Positions 45,307 to 56,403 of a stretch of 64,000 nucleotides of DNA are shown piece after piece. Each line of letters opens with the position of its first letter. Within the stretch, counting starts at the first letter, position 1. A model generated the notes under the pieces. That model made no database searches, had not been told where the DNA came from, and saw nothing but the letters and a program-made list of their open reading frames with translations. This DNA is from a virus. Where the stretch lies: IMG/VR virus record IMGVR_UViG_3300033064_006579, positions 32,001-96,000 of that record. The stretch is one strand, 5' to 3'. Both the position numbers and the translations under genes were made by a program.

Positions 45307-48300
45307 TTAGGCGTTAGTTTTCTTATTAAAAATCGGAGATTTAATAACATCGTCGATTGTTTCCTCTTTCGGAATCGCTTTCATAAAATCGTCGAAAAAA
45401 CTCTCTACTTCTTTAGGAAGCATGCCTCTTTTATATTTCGGAGACGTAAATGCAGAAAAACTCTCTGCGAACGCTTCGTCATAGCTTGTTTCAGAATACA
45501 TACTCACATTTTCTGCGAACCAACCAGATCCCTTTTTATTATACAAATCTTCCCACCTGCCGAGTATCCTCCACTCTTGAACACCGAAATTGTGACCTAT
45601 TTCATGCCTCAAGATTCCTTGTAAACTCTCATCAATATTAAAAGTATAATCGCCAATTTTCGGAACAAGGCTTGAAATCGTCCGCCCTTTACCAAAACCA
45701 ACGCTCAACTCATTTGACGCAGCTAAAAAAACGCCTCTTTTCCCCCTTTCTCCTTCGAGAAACCCAGACTCGCTGAAGTTAAAATGAATTTCTACACGAT
45801 TTGGAGCAACTCTCTGTGCTCTTCTAAGCGAAGGGAACCTTTTAAACAAATCGTCAAAAACTTCTCCAACTACATTAGAAACTTCGACGCCCTCGCCCGT
45901 AGCGAACTTGCCTTTTGCAACAAAAGATCTAATGTTAAATAAATCGCCAAGTTGTTTTTCAAGCTCTTTTAATGTTTTGGAATTCTTCCAGCCAACAGAA
46001 ACCTTATCGTAATGAACTATTTTAGTTCCCATTTTTTTATGCAGCTCAAGAGCCCTTTTTGCAATCTCCTGAGCATCGGGATGAATATTCGTGCTTCTAA
46101 CGTTTGCAACAACCTTATATAAATCATTAAGATCGTTAACAAAATTATCGCCGTACTTAGACCGAGCTTGCTTCATTAAATCGCTAAATTCGACCCTCGC
46201 TTGCTCTACTTCTGTACCAGTGAATTTCTTCTTTATTGGTTTTTTAATAACTGCTTTCTTTTTCAAATATATAAATTTTTCGATATCGTCTAAAACATCC
46301 TTATCAAATAAACCCTGTTTGATAAGGCCTTCGATATCTTTAACGAGATTGTCAAGTTCTTTTTGAGTGAATTTGAGAATACTTTTACCGTAGACGTCAC
46401 TTGTATCAAGCAAGAAATCGAGGTCGTTAGCTAATGCCTTTATTGGCGAAGGCAGTCCTTTAACCTTCGCAGCCGCGCCTCTGCCCTTCTTCCCAACACT
46501 CTTTGCGAGATCCTTCTTGATTCTCCGTTCGATATTAGTCATTACCTTGCGGGCTACGGGATGAAGAGGTTTGCCGGCCAATAATCGCGCAGTCATTTCA
46601 GCATAAAACTCGCCTTCGCTGGACAGAGAATATTTACTGACAAACTTCGGTAAATTTGCCTTTCCAATCCCCTTTTTAAGCTCTTCCAAAGCCCCCTTCG
46701 ATAATTTCCTTCCCGAAGAGGCCTCGGTACCACCAAGATTAAAGTACCGTTGATGCCCAAGCTCATGCCTGAATATATGGCCTTTGCTATCAGTGACAAA
46801 TTGCCCGGCTCGGAATTGTTCTTTCCCCAAGCGTTCAAGGTCGTCGATAGTTTTGAAGAATTTAGGATTGAACGCTACGGTACCGTCCTCGAAAGATAGT
46901 GCGGCGATTTCTTTGTTTCTACCAACAAAATATGACTCGTCAAAATGAATCGATTTTGGTTTTACTCCCAGTTCGTCGATAGCGCCCCTTGCATAGCGGT
47001 TGAATTCGCGGGAGACAGCAACATCGACCTCATCGTAATCAACCACATCGATGTCGAGCTGCCGCTTCATCCAGTTCTCGGATTGTTTGAGAGTTTGAGT
47101 ATTCGGAACCTTCGCCTTTACAGCCCTATCCAATTTAACTTCTTTACGAGATCCCCTTTTAAGGAGGGCAGTAAGTTTCTTTACTGTCTCGGCATCATCA
47201 ATGTGGCCAATCTGCTCCATACTTTTGAGACGCCACTTGCCAATATCCGATCTGTAAAATACTTGCCCGAAAAAGTCTGAACCGGCATCCGCATCGATGG
47301 CAACTTGATGGCCTCTTACCCCATACTTCTTAGAGAAAGTTGCCTTCCTGACTTTAGCTGCCGCATCAACCTTTAATTGATGATCAAGTCCAGCCTCGTT
47401 TCTCAAAACCGTTTTAAACTCGATAAACTCGTTGTCGAGGAAAAAATCAAAGGGTCTGGTCCCGCCAATGTGCTCGGCGTTTAGCCTCCGAGCCACCTCT
47501 CGCTCCCAATACTCTGCAACGCCCCTACTCTGTTTATCTATGACAAAATGGTTGCCGACAGCATCAATCTGCCGTTTAGTCATCATTTTTGCTTGTGCAG
47601 TCGGGATTGGCTTGATAGGTGCACCTTTACCATAGAGCCTCGCCCGCGACACCTTAGAATATTCGGGCATAATAGCCTTTATATCGCGCGTAGAGAAGCC
47701 CTCACCAAAAAGGTAGCGCATCACATTGACTTCGTTTAGATTATGTTGAGCATGAGCAAGAGGATGTCTTGGTAAAACATCGTCAAGATGAGAGGCGACA
47801 TCATCCCATTTTTTAGATTTAATGGCGGAGACAAAATCGCCCATCGTAATATCGTTAATCTGCGTAGCCACCTTCCACTCTGGATGTGTTTGGACAAGCT
47901 CGGCAGCCACGCCTTTGGGTTTAGGTATAGTCTTTAGTTTAGTTTCATCCCCCACTTGCATAATAAACTTCTTATATTTCGTTCCTTTTATAACCACACT
48001 CTCTTCGCCTATAATTTCTAACTTTAGACCTCGCCCTAAAAGAACTTCCGACTCACCGCCCAGGGCCATACCGTGCGCCTTTCCAGGTTTAATATAAGCG
48101 CCTTTTGTTCCTTTCGGGATTCTCATCTCAAAAAGAGCACCTTTCTTAGGATCGGCAAACTGAGTGGCTGCAGCCACTTCGTCCAAAGAAGTACTTGTAA
48201 ACCCCTTAGAACCTGGAATTTTTAAACCTACTTTCATTCCGCCCCTGACAGGCGTTCCTCTATAAACTACAATATTTTCTGGAATCACCCCGAGGGCATC

Positions 48301-50400
48301 GTCCACTCTCTTCACAATATCGCCTAAGGCCTCATCCACACCTCCAAACCTAAGATACTTATTAATGTCCTCAAATCCCTCAGTCAGATAATAATCGACA
48401 GCCTCTCGTTCGTGGGCGGGAAGATCTCTCCTCCAATTTGCAAAATGCTTATCTCCCCACTCCGTTGGATCATCTATTTTCTTATAAGTAGGTTTAACAA
48501 CCGCCTTTGGCTTTGGCTTTGGTAATTTCTGATAAATACGTCGATCAATCGGAAATTTCTCTTCAATAAAGTTAGCAAATTCTTTATATTTGCGAACAAC
48601 ATTCTTTTTCCACATAAGCGCAGCTTGTGTTAATTCTGCAGCTTCTTTACCCTCGTTTATAACGGCCATCCTATAATCCGCCCACCTCTGGACATTCATC
48701 GACCACCATTCAAGAGCTTCGCCGAGGGGATCAGAATATATTCTTCCTTCATAATCATCTATCCAATTATTCTTCCAAAAAGACCCTCCATCGTCATACT
48801 TACCCGCCTCCCCACTGTGTTGATTTTTAAACCATTTACGATACACTGTTGCCTCTTTTTCCGTCGCGTATTTTACATCTCCCCAATATCCGTACTTACC
48901 TTTAATTCCCCCAAAAAAATCGTCAATGGCGTGGGCCATCTCATGTGAAATTGCCAGCCCTCGCCTCAAATCTGACTCAAAAAGATAACATACCTTCCCA
49001 TAATAGTACGCTCTATTATCCTCCCAGTTTCCATGCAATCTAATCTTTACACCAGCCTTATTCATATCATCGAGCAAATCGTAGGGTATAAAACGCGTAG
49101 CCTTTTCAGTCAATTCTTCAAATTCAGCCAAAGTTTTAAGTTCAACAGAATGATGAAGCTCGATCATGTCTCCAATTATTTTTTTTCTTTCTTCCAAGTA
49201 CGCAGCATCGTCAAGTTCTACGATTTTGTAGAGGTGTTCAAGGTCCGGATCAACGATCTTCTTTGGTTCAAGTTCAGGTTTAGGTTTAATAATTGCCTTC
49301 TTCTTCATTAATTCGTCAAGTTCATCAAGAGATAGGATTCTATTGCTCTTAACCATCTCTCTTAATTCGAGCTTCCCGGCCTTCCAGGGATCATACCTTT
49401 TGCCGAGGATGCCCTTGACAAAAGCGTTATCTTCGACATCCATTTTTCTAAGCCAAGACGGGTAATCTAACACAGAAGGAATTTGTCCGGTGAAGGAGGC
49501 CCGTGTACCAAGAGGAACTTCCCCTTTTGTCTTGTCTCCCAATTCTTTCCAGGATTTAGTTATAGGACTGAGTACACACCGGCACAGTGGGTGGATTGGT
49601 GGAATATCCCCCACAGTAGGAGGGTTCTTTTTGAAATAATAGACATTGCCATCTCTGACTGCGCACGCCAAACATGTCCTTGCGTCAAGGGTGCTAATAT
49701 GCTCCATCCCCTTCAATATATCTTGATTAGCATCATAGATAGCTTTTTGTGTGGCAACCGAGGCTCGCATGATCTCGGTACGCGCAATGACATTACTCTG
49801 CGTCATGATGCGCTTACCCATCGTACCCCCCATCCCCTCGCCGACACCAAAGACCCGTCGACCTGCCTTCGCCATATCCTCGCCACGAATCATCGACTGG
49901 GCAAGCTCGTCTCTCATTGTCACTAACGACTCGCGATAGCGATTGACAAAGCGATTCTGCCAATCATACATTCCTGTTGGCCCGCCAAGGGGGCTGGAAA
50001 CCAATGTGTCGAGTTGCTCATAGGGAATGCGGGCAATATCTATGCCAATTTTTTCAAACTTAGAGTTGAGGAGTTGTTCGTAATACTCCTTCTCGCTCAT
50101 TGCAAACTGGCTCAGGTTATAGGAGAGGCCATCTACTGCACCAGTAGTAGCGGTGTCGAGGATCGCAGCCATCTCCCCAATCTGCGCATTCAGCCTATCG
50201 ATGCGCCATTGCAGAGTATAACCGCTGCGATAAGTGCCTGTTGCAAGCTTCTTCTCAAGCGTCGCCAACTGGGCGATCATTGCTGGCTTCGCCCGGTTAT
50301 AATGGGAGACAACCTCATTCACCGTGCCGTTTTCGAAACGATGAATATAATGTGTTCTTTTAAGAAGAGTGTCGCGGAGGGTTTCGTTTATGTCGGCCAT
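45307..50400 (-). CDS. MuF (SPP1 gp7-like) minor head protein fused to ADP-ribosyltransferase, nuclease-like and three zincin-like domains
   Basis: MuF: IARTE...TLDARTCLAC...PPIHPLCRC. ART: INKYLR, VYRG, FTSTSLD, ESEVLL. HEMAH, HELGH and HEIGH motifs. PFDFF..EFKT. Confidence 0.9.
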   Translation of the reverse strand: MADINETLRDTLLKRTHYIHRFENGTVNEVVSHYNRAKPAMIAQLATLEKKLATGTYRSGYTLQWRIDRLNAQIGEMAAILDTATTGAVDGLSYNLSQFAMSEKEYYEQLLNSKFEKIGIDIARIPYEQLDTLVSSPLGGPTGMYDWQNRFVNRYRESLVTMRDELAQSMIRGEDMAKAGRRVFGVGEGMGGTMGKRIMTQSNVIARTEIMRASVATQKAIYDANQDILKGMEHISTLDARTCLACAVRDGNVYYFKKNPPTVGDIPPIHPLCRCVLSPITKSWKELGDKTKGEVPLGTRASFTGQIPSVLDYPSWLRKMDVEDNAFVKGILGKRYDPWKAGKLELREMVKSNRILSLDELDELMKKKAIIKPKPELEPKKIVDPDLEHLYKIVELDDAAYLEERKKIIGDMIELHHSVELKTLAEFEELTEKATRFIPYDLLDDMNKAGVKIRLHGNWEDNRAYYYGKVCYLFESDLRRGLAISHEMAHAIDDFFGGIKGKYGYWGDVKYATEKEATVYRKWFKNQHSGEAGKYDDGGSFWKNNWIDDYEGRIYSDPLGEALEWWSMNVQRWADYRMAVINEGKEAAELTQAALMWKKNVVRKYKEFANFIEEKFPIDRRIYQKLPKPKPKAVVKPTYKKIDDPTEWGDKHFANWRRDLPAHEREAVDYYLTEGFEDINKYLRFGGVDEALGDIVKRVDDALGVIPENIVVYRGTPVRGGMKVGLKIPGSKGFTSTSLDEVAAATQFADPKKGALFEMRIPKGTKGAYIKPGKAHGMALGGESEVLLGRGLKLEIIGEESVVIKGTKYKKFIMQVGDETKLKTIPKPKGVAAELVQTHPEWKVATQINDITMGDFVSAIKSKKWDDVASHLDDVLPRHPLAHAQHNLNEVNVMRYLFGEGFSTRDIKAIMPEYSKVSRARLYGKGAPIKPIPTAQAKMMTKRQIDAVGNHFVIDKQSRGVAEYWEREVARRLNAEHIGGTRPFDFFLDNEFIEFKTVLRNEAGLDHQLKVDAAAKVRKATFSKKYGVRGHQVAIDADAGSDFFGQVFYRSDIGKWRLKSMEQIGHIDDAETVKKLTALLKRGSRKEVKLDRAVKAKVPNTQTLKQSENWMKRQLDIDVVDYDEVDVAVSREFNRYARGAIDELGVKPKSIHFDESYFVGRNKEIAALSFEDGTVAFNPKFFKTIDDLERLGKEQFRAGQFVTDSKGHIFRHELGHQRYFNLGGTEASSGRKLSKGALEELKKGIGKANLPKFVSKYSLSSEGEFYAEMTARLLAGKPLHPVARKVMTNIERRIKKDLAKSVGKKGRGAAAKVKGLPSPIKALANDLDFLLDTSDVYGKSILKFTQKELDNLVKDIEGLIKQGLFDKDVLDDIEKFIYLKKKAVIKKPIKKKFTGTEVEQARVEFSDLMKQARSKYGDNFVNDLNDLYKVVANVRSTNIHPDAQEIAKRALELHKKMGTKIVHYDKVSVGWKNSKTLKELEKQLGDLFNIRSFVAKGKFATGEGVEVSNVVGEVFDDLFKRFPSLRRAQRVAPNRVEIHFNFSESGFLEGERGKRGVFLAASNELSVGFGKGRTISSLVPKIGDYTFNIDESLQGILRHEIGHNFGVQEWRILGRWEDLYNKKGSGWFAENVSMYSETSYDEAFAESFSAFTSPKYKRGMLPKEVESFFDDFMKAIPKEETIDDVIKSPIFNKKTNA

Positions 50401-50693
50401 TATAAATCACAGAGGTTCACATCATCAGGAATGTCTTTGAACTCATCTTTAAAATCAGTATTGCCGGGCTCTTTAAAATCGACCCTTTTCGATTCCTTAA
50501 AATCCAGTTGGTCGCCGCGAAGCTTTGCTCTCAGCGCGGTCATCCTCTTTGATCTCTCGCGAGCAAGGCGCTTATTGCATTCTTTGCATATACTCTGATA
50601 GCCGTCCTTCGTTTTGCTATGGAGCGAGAACTCAGAGATCGGCAGTTCTTTCTTGCCCTTGTGTTTTTTATGGGTGCATTTTTTTGTTTTCAT
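50400..50693 (-). CDS. Small zinc-binding protein (HNH-associated N-terminal-type domain)
   Basis: KKCT...LPISEF...KDGYQSICKEC. Confidence 0.7.
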   Translation of the reverse strand: MKTKKCTHKKHKGKKELPISEFSLHSKTKDGYQSICKECNKRLARERSKRMTALRAKLRGDQLDFKESKRVDFKEPGNTDFKDEFKDIPDDVNLCDL

Positions 50694-50708
50694 TTAACCC
50701 TCGATATA

Positions 50709-50933
50709 TTAAGCATATGCTGCAGGCGTCAACGTTGTACCAATAAAAACAGGGGTGATCTCTATGACCGTCACAGCGCCGTCTTCATGGATTAGAGACA
50801 TTCTGCCAGTTTCCTTTAATTCCTTCATATCTCGACTACAAATAAAATTATATTTGAGAGGGAGGCCAAGATAAAATTCACTCAGTCTTTCCTCCGACAA
50901 TAATCTCTTCGTTGTCGTAGTTATCTCTAACAC
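50709..50933 (-). CDS. Hypothetical protein
   Basis: GTG start after GAAGGTG. Confidence 0.45.
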   Translation of the reverse strand: MLEITTTTKRLLSEERLSEFYLGLPLKYNFICSRDMKELKETGRMSLIHEDGAVTVIEITPVFIGTTLTPAAYA

Positions 50934-50950
50934 AATTCACCTTCGTATCC

Positions 50951-51250
50951 CTACTCTCCGCATGAATAATGATTGCCATCGGGCCACTTAAAGCGCCCGC
51001 CCCAAGTTCCGCCAATACCCTCCCAGAACTCTCCGAGCGGCAGGTGGTCGATAGTTTCTCTAAGGTACGCACCGTCTTTAAAAAGATTCAGGTCGATAGC
51101 CAACCGCCTGTAATGGAAGCTCCCGTCCTTATGTCCCCTTGAGGCCCAGGCGTCTCCGAATGTCAACTCATACCCGCTCTCATATGCGAAAAGTATCAAC
51201 CTCGCAACCATGTAAACAAATTTACTTTGTTTTTCCCTGACTGCCCCCAT
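50951..51250 (-). CDS. Peptidase M15 family peptidoglycan hydrolase
   Basis: SFHYRRLAIDL (H, D), WGGRF, DGNHYS (H). Confidence 0.85.
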   Translation of the reverse strand: MGAVREKQSKFVYMVARLILFAYESGYELTFGDAWASRGHKDGSFHYRRLAIDLNLFKDGAYLRETIDHLPLGEFWEGIGGTWGGRFKWPDGNHYSCGE

Positions 51251-51284
51251 AATTATTCCTCATCCCTCCATTCATCTTCATCCT

Positions 51285-52166
51285 CTAAAATAGCGTTGGC
51301 ACAGCCTCTCGATATAACTTTGTCCAAAACTTTTTATCGGCATTCGCTCTTGCATTACAACTCCTACATAATGTTATCAAATTATCAGGGTGACAATTTT
51401 TCTTGTCGTAATCAATATGATGAATTACTAAATCGCAATTTTTATCCCAACAATCAGGATTTTGACACTTATAATTATCTCTTTCTTTTATGTCTTCTTT
51501 AAACTCCTTGTCTCCCCAAACATGACAATACTCTTCTTTAGAACTCCCGCCTTTCCACCTTGGATGGTTACAAGGGGCAGAAAATCTTTCAAAACTTGCC
51601 AAACTCATTTTCAATCTTGTTTTTTCAGAGAATTTTCTTCCTTTATTTGCCAAACTTATTTTTTCTCTAACTTCAGATCGTTTAGCAGGATTATCGTCAC
51701 CATATAATCTTGTTGTTTTTATTTTAGCCTTTGTTTCTTCAGAATGTTTCATCCCTTTATGAGCATTAGATATTTTCTCTCGCCATTCTTTTGTTATAAC
51801 CCTGCCTTTCATTTTCTCACTTATTTTTTCTCTAACTTCAGATCGTTTAGCAGGATTATCATCACCACGAAGAGCTGATTTTTTCAAATTTTCAATGTGA
51901 AGTTTGCTTAATTTTTTACCCTTGTGAGCGTTAGATATTTTCTCTATCGACTCTTTAGAATGAGCCTTGCCATAAAAATGATTTTTCTCGCCTTTGTGAG
52001 ATTCGCTTAATTTCATTTTATGTTCTTTTGAAAGAGACTTTCCAGAATGGCTTTTACTTATCTTTTCTCTAACCCACTTCATTCTTGATGAATGGCCTTT
52101 TAAAAATCGATTCCCCAACTTGGCATACTCACCACAACCACATTCACATAGAGTTTTATTCTTCAT
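51285..52166 (-). mobile_element. Free-standing HNH homing endonuclease with NUMOD3 repeats
   Basis: CECGC, NUMOD3 repeats, IHHIDYDKKNCHPDNLITLCRSCN; start MKNK overlaps portal stop; internal ~46-bp direct repeat. Confidence 0.9.
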
Positions 52167-53640
52167 CTGACCATTCACTCTCATTGCCCTCATCAATTGC
52201 GCCCCACTGGTTGGCGGGCGCAATGGGTAGATTAAAAGGCACTTTATAAATATCCATGCCGTCCTCTTCAATAATATTCTGCTCCTCTTCCTCGCTATTA
52301 AGTCCCTCTTTATGTCGCCATGTTTTGCGGGAAAGTATTTTACTCTCGTGTTGAATTTTCCTTGCTTGATTATTCTTCATAATATCTGCAAGGATGAGGG
52401 GCGGCCATTCAAGTGCGCAGCCCTCTTCTTCGTCTTTTGGGATCTCACCATAATCCTTGCCTGCGGAGATAACCCAAACGAATATTTCATTATAATACCA
52501 ACCGAAGAAGTCCTGCCAGTCCTCGATCTCTCTGACAAACGGATTCTGTGCAGTAACAGACGAACTATAATTGGCATTCGAGTAATCAGCGGTGAGCATC
52601 ATTTCGGGCATCCCACACCCAGCCGCCACCGCCAATAGCATGGCCCTGCCGTCATCCTTGACATCCGGAGCATTAATATTTGGCGACACCATCTCATACT
52701 CAATCCCCTCGCTGGCCGTAATAACGGTACCAGCGGCAAAAGCCTGCTGTTTATTGCGATCTGCACTTTGGTGCTGCGCCATTTGGGCCTCGCGCAAACT
52801 CTCTACCGTATTGCTCGTGCCCTTCACGGTTTTGATGAGCGCAATCGCCGAACGCACTTTATTAAGGATAATCCTGTCGTCGAGCCAGTTAAGATACTTC
52901 GCAATCATCGGCAATGCCGTCAATAGTGCGCTCATGCCTCGCTTTACATCACTATCGACGAATATTTTAATGTGGATAATCTCATCGGCCTCGATTGCTT
53001 CAATCAGGTTTCCCTCTGCATCACAGTGATAATACGTCCTCACGTCCTCAACGTCATTCGGATCGGTACCAATACCAAAAGTCACCTGCTCGCCAGCCCG
53101 TAAATCCCCTTCTTTTACGGGATTACGTATTTTTTCAGCCCGCATAAAACGTATTTTCACGTCTCCGTTGTTCTTGTCAACAAAGCGCCGTATAAAAATC
53201 TCCCCATCTCTGAAAACCCTCTTGACGAGTTCCTTCTCTCGCAGTGACCATTTATTCATCTTGGCAAAATTATCCCAAGTATCTTTCACCTTCTCGTTCT
53301 CACTATCAGGCTTAATAGTCGGTCCCTTGCCAAGAACGAATTTACTCAAGTTCCGAACAATAGCTTTTGCATAGAGGTTTGTGGCGAAAGCCTTATAAGC
53401 CACTGCAAGCATTTCATAGTGGTTATAACCAGTGACATCGCTAATATCACCGCTCTCTGCCCCTATCATAATCCAATTACTATCGCCAGGTTCAGTCGGA
53501 ACAGGGCGTTGCGACGGATCTGCCTCTTTCTTAAAAATATTACTGAGTTGTTCTGTAGCAAGTTCGATCCTCGCGAGTTCGAATTTATCCTGCTGTATTT
53601 TTAAACTTCTTCTCGTTCTAAACCCCTCTAAGAGTTTCAT
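52156..53640 (-). CDS. Portal protein (lambda-like family)
   Basis: FRDGEIFIR, IIHIK...RGMS, DYSNANYSS; follows TerL. Confidence 0.9.
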   Translation of the reverse strand: MKLLEGFRTRRSLKIQQDKFELARIELATEQLSNIFKKEADPSQRPVPTEPGDSNWIMIGAESGDISDVTGYNHYEMLAVAYKAFATNLYAKAIVRNLSKFVLGKGPTIKPDSENEKVKDTWDNFAKMNKWSLREKELVKRVFRDGEIFIRRFVDKNNGDVKIRFMRAEKIRNPVKEGDLRAGEQVTFGIGTDPNDVEDVRTYYHCDAEGNLIEAIEADEIIHIKIFVDSDVKRGMSALLTALPMIAKYLNWLDDRIILNKVRSAIALIKTVKGTSNTVESLREAQMAQHQSADRNKQQAFAAGTVITASEGIEYEMVSPNINAPDVKDDGRAMLLAVAAGCGMPEMMLTADYSNANYSSSVTAQNPFVREIEDWQDFFGWYYNEIFVWVISAGKDYGEIPKDEEEGCALEWPPLILADIMKNNQARKIQHESKILSRKTWRHKEGLNSEEEEQNIIEEDGMDIYKVPFNLPIAPANQWGAIDEGNESEWSDEE

Positions 53641-53659
53641 ATCGCGCCATCCTCTCAAA

Positions 53660-53707
53660 ATATCAAGTTTTACTTGATATTATAACTTATCGAGACCATG
53701 TTAACAA
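53660..53707 (-). promoter_or_regulatory. Sigma70-type promoter upstream of portal with overlapping palindrome
   Basis: TTGTTA-17-TATAAT (53707-53679); ATATCAAGT-TTT-ACTTGATAT (53660-53680). Confidence 0.55.
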
Positions 53708-53709
53708 AA

Positions 53710-55554
53710 TTACCTTTTCCTTCTCCTATACCAAAACCCCTCTTGCTCGACCACTTCCTCTGGAGGTATGATAAGGGGCAGGATAATTTGATAGCAGGAC
53801 TGAATGATATATCGAGTAGTGTCGCAACCATGATCGTCAATTTTTAGGGGAACCTTACTTGAAATCTTTCCCTCGTCGGTCCTCGGGTACCTATAGCGAC
53901 CCATCTCGACATCGGTCCCTACCAATTCCTCATCTTGACAATCAAGGTAATTCTCAAGGATATAATAATTGCTTTTAAGAGCGCCACCCTCCTCATAGTC
54001 AGGCCACGTCTCCATGTGCGCGCGCACGAGCTCTATGCCATTCTCAACATCGTTGATTGCAGAGTATGTATTAATTTTATAGAGATTTAGGAGATCGATG
54101 CGGGCCTGCTTGGCAGAGGGATCGGCGAAGATGATCTCCTGCGCCGCCCACGCGGGCGAGGCCTTAATCCTCCGACTATGTCCCTCGATAGTATCTGCAC
54201 CTGAGCGGTATTCATAAAAAATATAGAATGTCAATTTATATGACAATTCTCTACCTGGTTCGGTATCGTCAAGGGCTCTAAAGATATCGCTATAATCCAC
54301 ATACGCCTTCTGATAGACAAATGGGTGCCCTGGAGACGAACCAAAGTCGATCGCCGACATGACGAGAACATTACTCATCGGTACAATGCTGAGGCTATTA
54401 CCAAAATGGACTTCCCTATTCCACTGCGCTCCGTAGACTAACTCGACAGTGGAGGGCCTTTTACAGAACCACTGTGCATCAAGGACGGGGGTGCTAATAC
54501 TCCTCGCCTTATCGATCCAGTCGTCAATCTTATAGTGCCCTGAGCAGTGGTGGGCCATCCCCCTACATTTCTCGAAGATCGGGCAGTCACCGCGCACCTC
54601 GTCACCCCTACACTCACGCTCGCACTTCTCAAGGATCTCCCATATACACCAGCAATAGATCTTCCACCCCTTATCCTCCGCCTCGTTTAGGAGTCGTTGA
54701 AACGTGCCGACGTCGTACTTCCTCGTCGACAGAAAGGTGTTCTGCCCCATGATGTCCCTGCCATCCTCAGTGGTTTTAGACATCGACATCGATAGGCCCT
54801 CCTGCAGAACTCCCCAGTCCATTAGTTCAACCTCGTCGATGCGCGCCTTCTGCGGATGTGGACTGTTCAGCCCTTTAATCGACCCCGTGACCACCTCCTG
54901 GAAGGAGTTATTGACATAGGTAGTTGAGCCCCTCGTTGGCGGCCTCTCGCACATCGCTGAGATAGTAGGGTGACGGTGAAACGCGACGAAATATTTATAC
55001 ACCTTTCCGGCTTGATCGAGGGTCGAGCCGGCAGACGCTACCTCACAATCCGCTTTGAACGCCATGTCAAGGTGATTGAGGATGGCCACCTCCGTCGTCT
55101 TCCCACCCGTTCTATTAGCGAAGGCAATAGAGTTTCGCGTCCGCTCAAAGAACATGTCGCTAATATAATCAAATGGAGCGGCGTGAGGGTAGTCGAATTT
55201 ATCGAATTCCTCATTGTGTAGCTTGCATACCGCGCGTCGCTGTATCTTAAAGCCGAGAAATTCTAGAATATACCACCACAGTATCTCGTCGTCCCCTATC
55301 CCATACTTCAACAGCGCCCTGAATAGTCGCGGATGGCTGTTCCTCCTGCGATGCCTCAGGTCAAAGTCCTCCCTCAGAAGTCGCGTGAAGTACTGGAACT
55401 TCAGCGCATCCGCGATGACCCCACCTCCGTCAAACCAGCTGTCTGGCAGGTGGAGGTGCTCGATGTAATACTCTATCGACGAGCAGAGAGCTTTCCAATG
55501 TGGAATGCCCTCGACACCCTCCAGAAACTCCCTAGACACTCCGATCTCAGGCAT
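53710..55554 (-). CDS. terL: Terminase large subunit
   Basis: ANRTGGKT Walker A, IDEVE Walker [21 protein letters not shown] nuclease motifs; Cys-rich insert. Confidence 0.9.
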   Translation of the reverse strand: MPEIGVSREFLEGVEGIPHWKALCSSIEYYIEHLHLPDSWFDGGGVIADALKFQYFTRLLREDFDLRHRRRNSHPRLFRALLKYGIGDDEILWWYILEFLGFKIQRRAVCKLHNEEFDKFDYPHAAPFDYISDMFFERTRNSIAFANRTGGKTTEVAILNHLDMAFKADCEVASAGSTLDQAGKVYKYFVAFHRHPTISAMCERPPTRGSTTYVNNSFQEVVTGSIKGLNSPHPQKARIDEVELMDWGVLQEGLSMSMSKTTEDGRDIMGQNTFLSTRKYDVGTFQRLLNEAEDKGWKIYCWCIWEILEKCERECRGDEVRGDCPIFEKCRGMAHHCSGHYKIDDWIDKARSISTPVLDAQWFCKRPSTVELVYGAQWNREVHFGNSLSIVPMSNVLVMSAIDFGSSPGHPFVYQKAYVDYSDIFRALDDTEPGRELSYKLTFYIFYEYRSGADTIEGHSRRIKASPAWAAQEIIFADPSAKQARIDLLNLYKINTYSAINDVENGIELVRAHMETWPDYEEGGALKSNYYILENYLDCQDEELVGTDVEMGRYRYPRTDEGKISSKVPLKIDDHGCDTTRYIIQSCYQIILPLIIPPEEVVEQEGFWYRRRKR

Positions 55555-55963
55555 CGTCGTCGACGTCCTCTGCAAGTATGCGTACGATAGGCAGTTGCTC
55601 CCCCTCTTCCGTGTCTATAAACTCGTCGTGTGTCATCATCACCTCGATGCACTCGAATAGGAAGTCGCACCTATACCTCCTAACCTTCGCATCAATGGGT
55701 AGAAGGGTGTCGTCCTTGAGCTTCCCTCTCAGCTTGCCCATAGCCGTCTTGATGGAGCCGTCGTAGTAGTCACCGCTCTCTATCGCTTCGATCATCCTCT
55801 CCGCGCCCTTAGAGCCGAGCGCCCTCGCAAGTGCCACATTCGTAATGCTGTAGATTTTCTTTCCCATCATTATTCTCCTCCCTTCATAATCTTTGGGTAT
55901 ACAAATTCGTAGGTGGCTGGCATCTTTATAATGCGCCACTCGCTGCCCGGAATAGTTTGCCAT
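55547..55963 (-). CDS. Hypothetical protein
   Basis: Coupled to TerL; true start may be MMGKK near 55871. Confidence 0.55.
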   Translation of the reverse strand: MANYSGQRVAHYKDASHLRICIPKDYEGRRIMMGKKIYSITNVALARALGSKGAERMIEAIESGDYYDGSIKTAMGKLRGKLKDDTLLPIDAKVRRYRCDFLFECIEVMMTHDEFIDTEEGEQLPIVRILAEDVDDDA

Positions 55964-56088
55964 CCATCACTTTCTACCCGCGGAGTCCAGTAGATCTTTT
56001 TCAGTCGATCCCCAATGAGTCCTATCAATTCATCATCCTCGTTTAAAAGTCTTTTCAGCCTATCGATATCCATAGTGCCGTCCTCCAT
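55870..56088 (-). CDS. Hypothetical protein
   Basis: ORF ending in the RBS for the next gene. Confidence 0.5.
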   Translation of the reverse strand: MEDGTMDIDRLKRLLNEDDELIGLIGDRLKKIYWTPRVESDGWQTIPGSEWRIIKMPATYEFVYPKIMKGGE

Positions 56089-56403
56089 GATTTAAAAAAT
56101 AAGAGTAAAAAACAGTTACGATATATTTGGGATGCCCCCAATCCACCCCCGCCCCCCACCCTCTGTTTCGAATGTAGGGCGCCCGCCCCTTACCCTGCAA
56201 TAGTTTGTACCTCACTACCCGCATTGGCTATTGGCTGTCAGCGGATCCAGTGGGGCTGTGACAGGGCTTGGTTGGCCAATGAATGAAAGGGAATCCCCTC
56301 CACCTTCCCTCCTCCCTCTTCCCTACTCCTCCCCTCTTCTCTCTTCCCATCGCTATTCCTCCCTGCCAACCATCATTATACGCCAACGCCAACACCACGC
56401 TCC

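Noticed and set aside
53710-55554. Inteins in TerL or DnaB
   Set aside because: Insertions are short and Cys-rich, without C/S...HN splice motifs or LAGLIDADG blocks.
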